The notes under the pieces: model-generated
Told to the model about the DNA's origin: nothing
The model's database searches: none
The model's input: the letters and a program-made list of their open reading frames with translations, nothing else
DNA from: Wallemia ichthyophaga EXF-994
Lineage: Eukaryota > Fungi > Basidiomycota
Reading direction: 5' to 3'
DNA length: 62,000 nucleotides
Assembly (NCBI RefSeq): GCF_000400465.1
Contig: NW_008806275.1
Location: 309,656-371,655, forward strand
Shown here: piece by piece, positions 55,237-62,000 of the stretch
Numbering within the stretch: the stretch's first letter is position 1
Layout of the letters: every line of letters begins with the position of its first letter
Program-made: the position numbers and the translations under genes

Positions 55237-58200
55237 ATTATCATAACGTTATAATATCAATGATATTTTATGTCCTTAACGCATCTAAATTACTTTCAAC
55301 TTTCAACTCATATTCTTGTATTCACATTTAAATCATCTATCTCATTGTAACTGGTTTTAGCAAACTCATTGTGCTTCTTAGGGTTACATGACTGCAAAGA
55401 TGGAGATTGACTAGTACACTATTGAGTCAAACATGATAAGAGTATGGCATTAGGCAATCTCTCAAAGTAAAACTGAAATGTTATAAGCAGCTCCATCACG
55501 CGCAAAGCTGAGTAGTTCGGATTATGATTAAAGTGAACGCCAGATGGGTCTGCCATCTCAAAAACCACGCTGGGATCACATCAATCGAGGCGTTCCATGT
55601 GAAGGCAAAACGTCATGAATGTGGACAATTATGTAAAGCAAAGGACTTTTTTGACCACAGCAAAATGCTTCTCTCCTGGCATACGCATGTGTTATTATCG
55701 CATATATTATGCGCACATCATCAAGGCTGTCGCACTAGGTGCTAAGGCGGTCGTTATAAGCAGACCGTTCATCTACGCTTACTCGGCGTATGGAGAGGAA
55801 GGAATGGATCGGGCAATGGAGATAGTGGGCGATGAGTTTGAGACGTGCTTGAGATTGCTCGGCGCTAGGTCACACCGGATATGGTAATTGATCTCATCTC
55901 GGAAGCGCTGATATACCCAAATATTACCTCTTTACTGGAAATTACGAGAGATTGAGTGGATCAAATGGTAAGATGAGCAAGCTGTATGGAATTAATTATA
56001 TTTATACATTATAATTGGTTCATGAGGTCTTGATGACTGCTTCCGATGCTAATGATGTCATATGTATATGGGGATTTTATCCATTTAAAGCGTCCTCAGC
56101 AATCTCAAAATCAGCCAAAATAAACGCAGTATCGAATTGCTTGACTTTCCCTGATACCACCAGTTACAGCCATCTAATAACTGTGCGTACGCAATCAGCC
56201 GCGTAACTAGGAGCGAGGGTAGTCGAGTTTGTGAAACACGAAAAGCAAGCCGCAAGCCAAGTATTTTTCGGTCGCCGCTGCGGTATTTAAGTGGACCACA
56301 CTCTTTTCCTCTTTTCCTTGCGGTAAAACTTCTTGGGGGCCATAGTAAGTCGGGATAATCCTTTCCTTGTAAATAATTTGCGCAACTCCTAGTAAGCTTC
56401 ATCTCACTCGTTCAAAATCTCTCTGACCTTCAACTTAGACGTGGCAGTCCGTTTAAAGTCCACTTCGAGCGATACTCCTGGTATGTTTGCTATCATCACC
56501 AGGTCTATCTAACATCAACTATCAAGGAGAGGCAGTCCGCAGATAAGCGTATCGACAGATATTACAGAATCATCATTATGTTTTGGGATTACCAGGCATC
56601 CTAGCTCCATCATTGTACTACTCATTAATTCAATATTCAATATTGTGCTTTTGGTCTGCAAAGCTAAGTGAACACCACGCAAAGCGATAAGCGAGACATT
56701 TACGTGCACAAGGAAATGAAAATATTTCGAAAATTTCTTTTTACCGTTAAATTATCGCAATTTACGTGTTTGTTATACAACTCAATAACCAAAATGAGCG
56801 ATAAAAAAAGAAAGCAAAGGTGTCAAAAATGGTTGAGCAGAGTTAATTCAGGTCAAATTACGTAAAAACAGGAAAGTGATATACTGAATCACTATCCGAA
56901 GTGCCTGCAAAAGGTTCAGTGAAAAGTGGGCGGGAGAAGAAAGCGTTCTTAGCTAGCTTGTAAGCTTAAGTACATATTAGAAGTATTTCGGTTGCACAGG
57001 CTACCTTAAAAAGTCTTTCCGACGGAAAACCGCTCGCTCATTTCGTCAGCGGCTTTCGGACAACATTAAATCAAATTTCAAGCATTCTTTGCAAATCTGT
57101 CCGAAAGACTTGCTCAAAGAAATGGCCAGAAATGAAAATGTAAAACTTTTAACGTGAACCTCTAGACCAGAAAAGATTGTTTCATAACATGACAAATTAA
57201 GCCTAAAGTTTACTTTAACTTCTGAAAACATTGTACTGGTTCCCAAAAACACGTAGAAATCAATTACGGAAAGTATATTATATGGCAATTATGTTGAAAT
57301 CAAAGAGTCGAAAACGGCTTTCACTTTAGATATTCAATCTGACGGCCAAATGTATCATGTAAAATAATCTGATTACCCGAAGGTCATTAATCTGAAGGTG
57401 AGCTGAAGAGTACCTCGTTTAGACCCCTAATTTTATGCACTTCATGAGGACTTCAACTAATTCAACATGGCAATGGACCAAGTAATCCAAAAAGTGCGTC
57501 AGATCAGTCCGAAAAAAATTATAAGAAAGTGAGTCATAAATATCATTCATTTGGGCTTTTCTCAACATATTAGTATAATGATGCAGGTCCGATCATTGTA
57601 AGATTATTAATACTGAGATGTTTTGGCATGTCGAACTGCAGACGAGTGATCGTCAAAGCTCGCAGACCTACACTGTTACATGGAAGACATAGCCTTCGTC
57701 GAGAAATGTTGAATCATAACAATTTTAAGTTTGACTTTTTTAATTCATTAAGCAAACAGAAATGATCAGAATGAAAACACACATCATTATCACCTCGCAT
57801 GTGGGTACCCAACTATGAAACAACCCATGGATGAAACAATATGTCAGGAAGGTAAATCTCACGTCAAAATGGTTGTTTCAACCGTACCTCAACGGTAAAC
57901 CTTATACAGAACCAACATTTTGGGAACGGTATATGTAACAAGTGGTTGATTAGATTAAAAGAGTACAATGTGTAACGCAAAGCAAATAGGGTAATAAACG
58001 CTTTACAATGTTTCCTGGGATTTCCTGAAATCACGAAAGAAATATTGAAACACAAAACTTAAAAGTTAAATTTGAGGTAGGCATTCGTTGTTTTGAAGTA
58101 GCATTAAAATGGTAAGGGATGGATAGTTGTATTTGCATTGTTAATTCCGATAACGTTTTTATGCATGATAATTTCAGTTCAAGCAGTTATTTAATGATTG

Positions 58201-60453
58201 TAAACCTAACATGCTGTTTACGGGTAAATTAGCCTTTTCTTTACCTCATTTGAAATTGATGATAAGGAATATCTGGATCTTCAAAGAACAGAATTTTAAT
58301 ATGTCGTTTCAGCAGGAACCTTCAATGAAACGATAATACTAACTTTCCTTGAACAGCAACATGTCGTTCCTGTCACGTGTTACAAAATTAGAAATACTGT
58401 CTACGAACGTAATGTTATGGGTAGTCAAAGTTGTGTAAAGTTTGCATTAAAATAAGCAGAAAATACGACCGAAACGGATATCATGTTAGACGAATCATGA
58501 TGATTCCTTCAAGAAATGGTATGACATTGATATGCTAAGATTCACAACATTTATTGATGTAATTGGAGATCAATGTAAGCTACCATCAGATTCTTTATTA
58601 CAATGCAGCGAGACTATTTTTCAAAATGTCACTCTTAGAAACAGATAGTCGATTAGCTAAATTCGGAGAATGGATAAATTAAGATATCTGTTGGCTCTAT
58701 TGATTGTTTCTCTTGCATTGCTGTTCATCTCGAATTTAGAATCTTCGTGGTAATTAAATTTGCTGTAAAATGAAACTTTAAGCATATCTAAATTTAATGT
58801 GGATTATTTATTTGTTGGTTTTCTTAAGAGTCGTACTTTAAATGCTATATTGAAATCTTAAAATACTTGTTTTCGTGAAGATCCTTTTACGCGTGGCTTC
58901 GAAAGAATTGAAACAAACGTTTTATTTATCTACAAAAGTCGTTTTATATCAGTTTTTTGTTTTTTTTGAATGGACTGTTTTGAATTTTAACTTTAAAGTC
59001 GAGTCAATCTGTCAAATTGGAATGTTTTTCAAACAGAACACCCCACCTTTCACTGCCAGGGCTTTTTATGTGTCACATTTCGAATACAATTTCATTAATA
59101 AAGCCGCAGCCTAAAGCTTAGGTTAATATACCTAATTTTCATGCACGGTATCAATGGAAGTATAACTAGCTCTATCTGATAGATCATTCCTATGATTCAC
59201 TTTCTTTTTCAACAGTTTGGGTGTTTTGTACCAACTATACCTTTGTCCCGTTTTTACTAATGCATTTGAATCTGTTTAGCTATATAATTTAACAAAATTT
59301 TGTCTTAATAATGAATACATTTTAAAAAACTCTTTTACTGAAGATTCTGAAATTCTAAACAAATAGGGACATAGACGCTTTATCGAGATGACACAGATGA
59401 ATGTATTAAATAAAGCTTTTTCGCCCACTTTATCTGCGGGATTCAAAACTTATTTAATGCTGTTCTTTCTCAATCGCGGTTTGAGATACTTATGTTTATT
59501 GGTTGTTCAACGTAAAGTTAACAAACTTACCTGAAATTTCAAGTCATCAGCATAGAAACACAAAAACCGAATACTATATTTACTGCCTGTGCGAACTTTC
59601 CGCAAAAGCCAATTACACTGAAACTCACGTTATTATGATGCCTTTCTGTCATTCTTAGTTGTTCAATAAATAATTTACTGGTTTATGTCATTTGCCTTTT
59701 GACAAGTGTCTATATGTACTCAACATACAAGTCAATTAACTCTTGCGGCTTTTCAGGAATTGATCTTGCTTTTCCACTGATTAAATTACAATACAATTGT
59801 TCGAAATCACCAGCGCCATTGACGTTTAAGTTGGTGTTATTTGTTGCACCAAACCTCAGTCTATCATGTGTTGAAAGTTGTTGTGTTCACCGCAGCTTTA
59901 GTTTCCGAATTGGTGACCTGGTTAATAAGAAGCGAGAAATGCGTACAGGTAAAGGCGTTTATGTATATTGGATTCTTCATGACAAAAAATAGTATGTGGA
60001 CAAATATCCCAAGCATACTCTTTTGGGCCTCTTTACTATCTTACAACAGCTTTATACACGAGTTTGGAAACCGGTTTTTTTGTTCCATTTCCGTATGCCC
60101 TTTTTGATCAATACAATCAAGTTTACCATTTAATTTCCGTACTCTTCAGCCCACTTTTTAGATTCCTTACGTCAACTTGATTGAAATGCATTGAACTTTA
60201 TACGTGATGGTTTTCAATAGTGGGATGCAGTGCGGTAATTCGTAGCTCTAAAACATTATTTCTTTGGTGTTAGGGATGCGAAACTAATGCTACACTCTCT
60301 ATGTTCGAAGTATTTGATTACATGTATTGGTTTTATGATATCGTGATGAAGACGATAAGGATTTTAGCGGATTTGTGATTATTTTAATAAATAGCTAAAA
60401 TTACTTCCAACAATGTGCTTAATGTGAAGCAACATTAATTATAAGACATGACT
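55237..60453. other. 5.2 kb AT-rich gene-free interval, candidate centromere
   Basis: No credible intact gene between the RSP5 and VPS34 stops; hand-counted GC 16/60, 14/60 and 9/60 for the lines starting 58021, 58741 and 59281. Confidence 0.45.
55550..55880 (+). pseudogene. decayed 3' remnant of an FMN-dependent alpha-hydroxy acid dehydrogenase (Cyb2/glycolate oxidase family)
   Basis: HIIKAVALGAKAVVISRPFIYAYSAYGEEG..EFETCLRLLG intact; upstream GIR and NHAG traces broken by frameshifts; no N-terminal exons seen. Confidence 0.75.

Positions 60454-62000
<1,547 letters not shown>

Noticed and set aside
58372-58379. GTCACGTG, CDEI-like point-centromere box in the gene desert
   Set aside because: Expected a few times by chance in this window, no CDEIII seen, and point centromeres are restricted to Saccharomycetaceae
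56015-60107. Short ORFs of 60-105 aa in the gene desert
   Set aside because: No recognisable motifs or consistent exon structure; compatible with random ORFs

Overview
Eukaryotic, fungal (basidiomycete-type) chromosomal DNA from an extremely compact genome with many 40-60 nt GT-AG introns and intergenic spacers mostly under 300 bp. The style fits a Wallemia-like fungus (inference). About 29 protein genes are supported, most of them housekeeping: INO1, an RlpA/expansin-like protein, an NBR1-like ZZ protein, DDX41, BUD27-like, cyclophilin, NOP10, class IV chitin synthase, PAC2, a DExH helicase, ADE4, KEX2, PHS1, GNA1, HYM1, fRMsr, NIPA, VPS54, PalI-like, eIF3c, VPS53, PEX5, Elongin A, MZM1, RSP5 and partial VPS34. 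Main surprises: (1) at 664-1527 (-), an intact, apparently intron-containing, N-terminally truncated Fanzor1/TnpB-like RuvC-zinc-finger gene in which two of three catalytic residues are replaced, a candidate domesticated nuclease-dead Fanzor derivative; (2) a 5.2 kb AT-rich gene desert (55237-60453) at the bottom of a GC trough, a candidate short regional centromere carrying a decayed dehydrogenase remnant and an inverted-repeat element; (3) operon-like organisation, with 16 consecutive plus-strand genes and an ATGA stop/start overlap between MZM1 and Elongin A; (4) splice- or start-dependent targeting signals (GNA1 ending in SKL, a cyclophilin presequence, a start codon split by an intron). 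No rRNA, tRNA or CRISPR array was recognised. Exon boundaries were read by eye and need RNA-seq confirmation.
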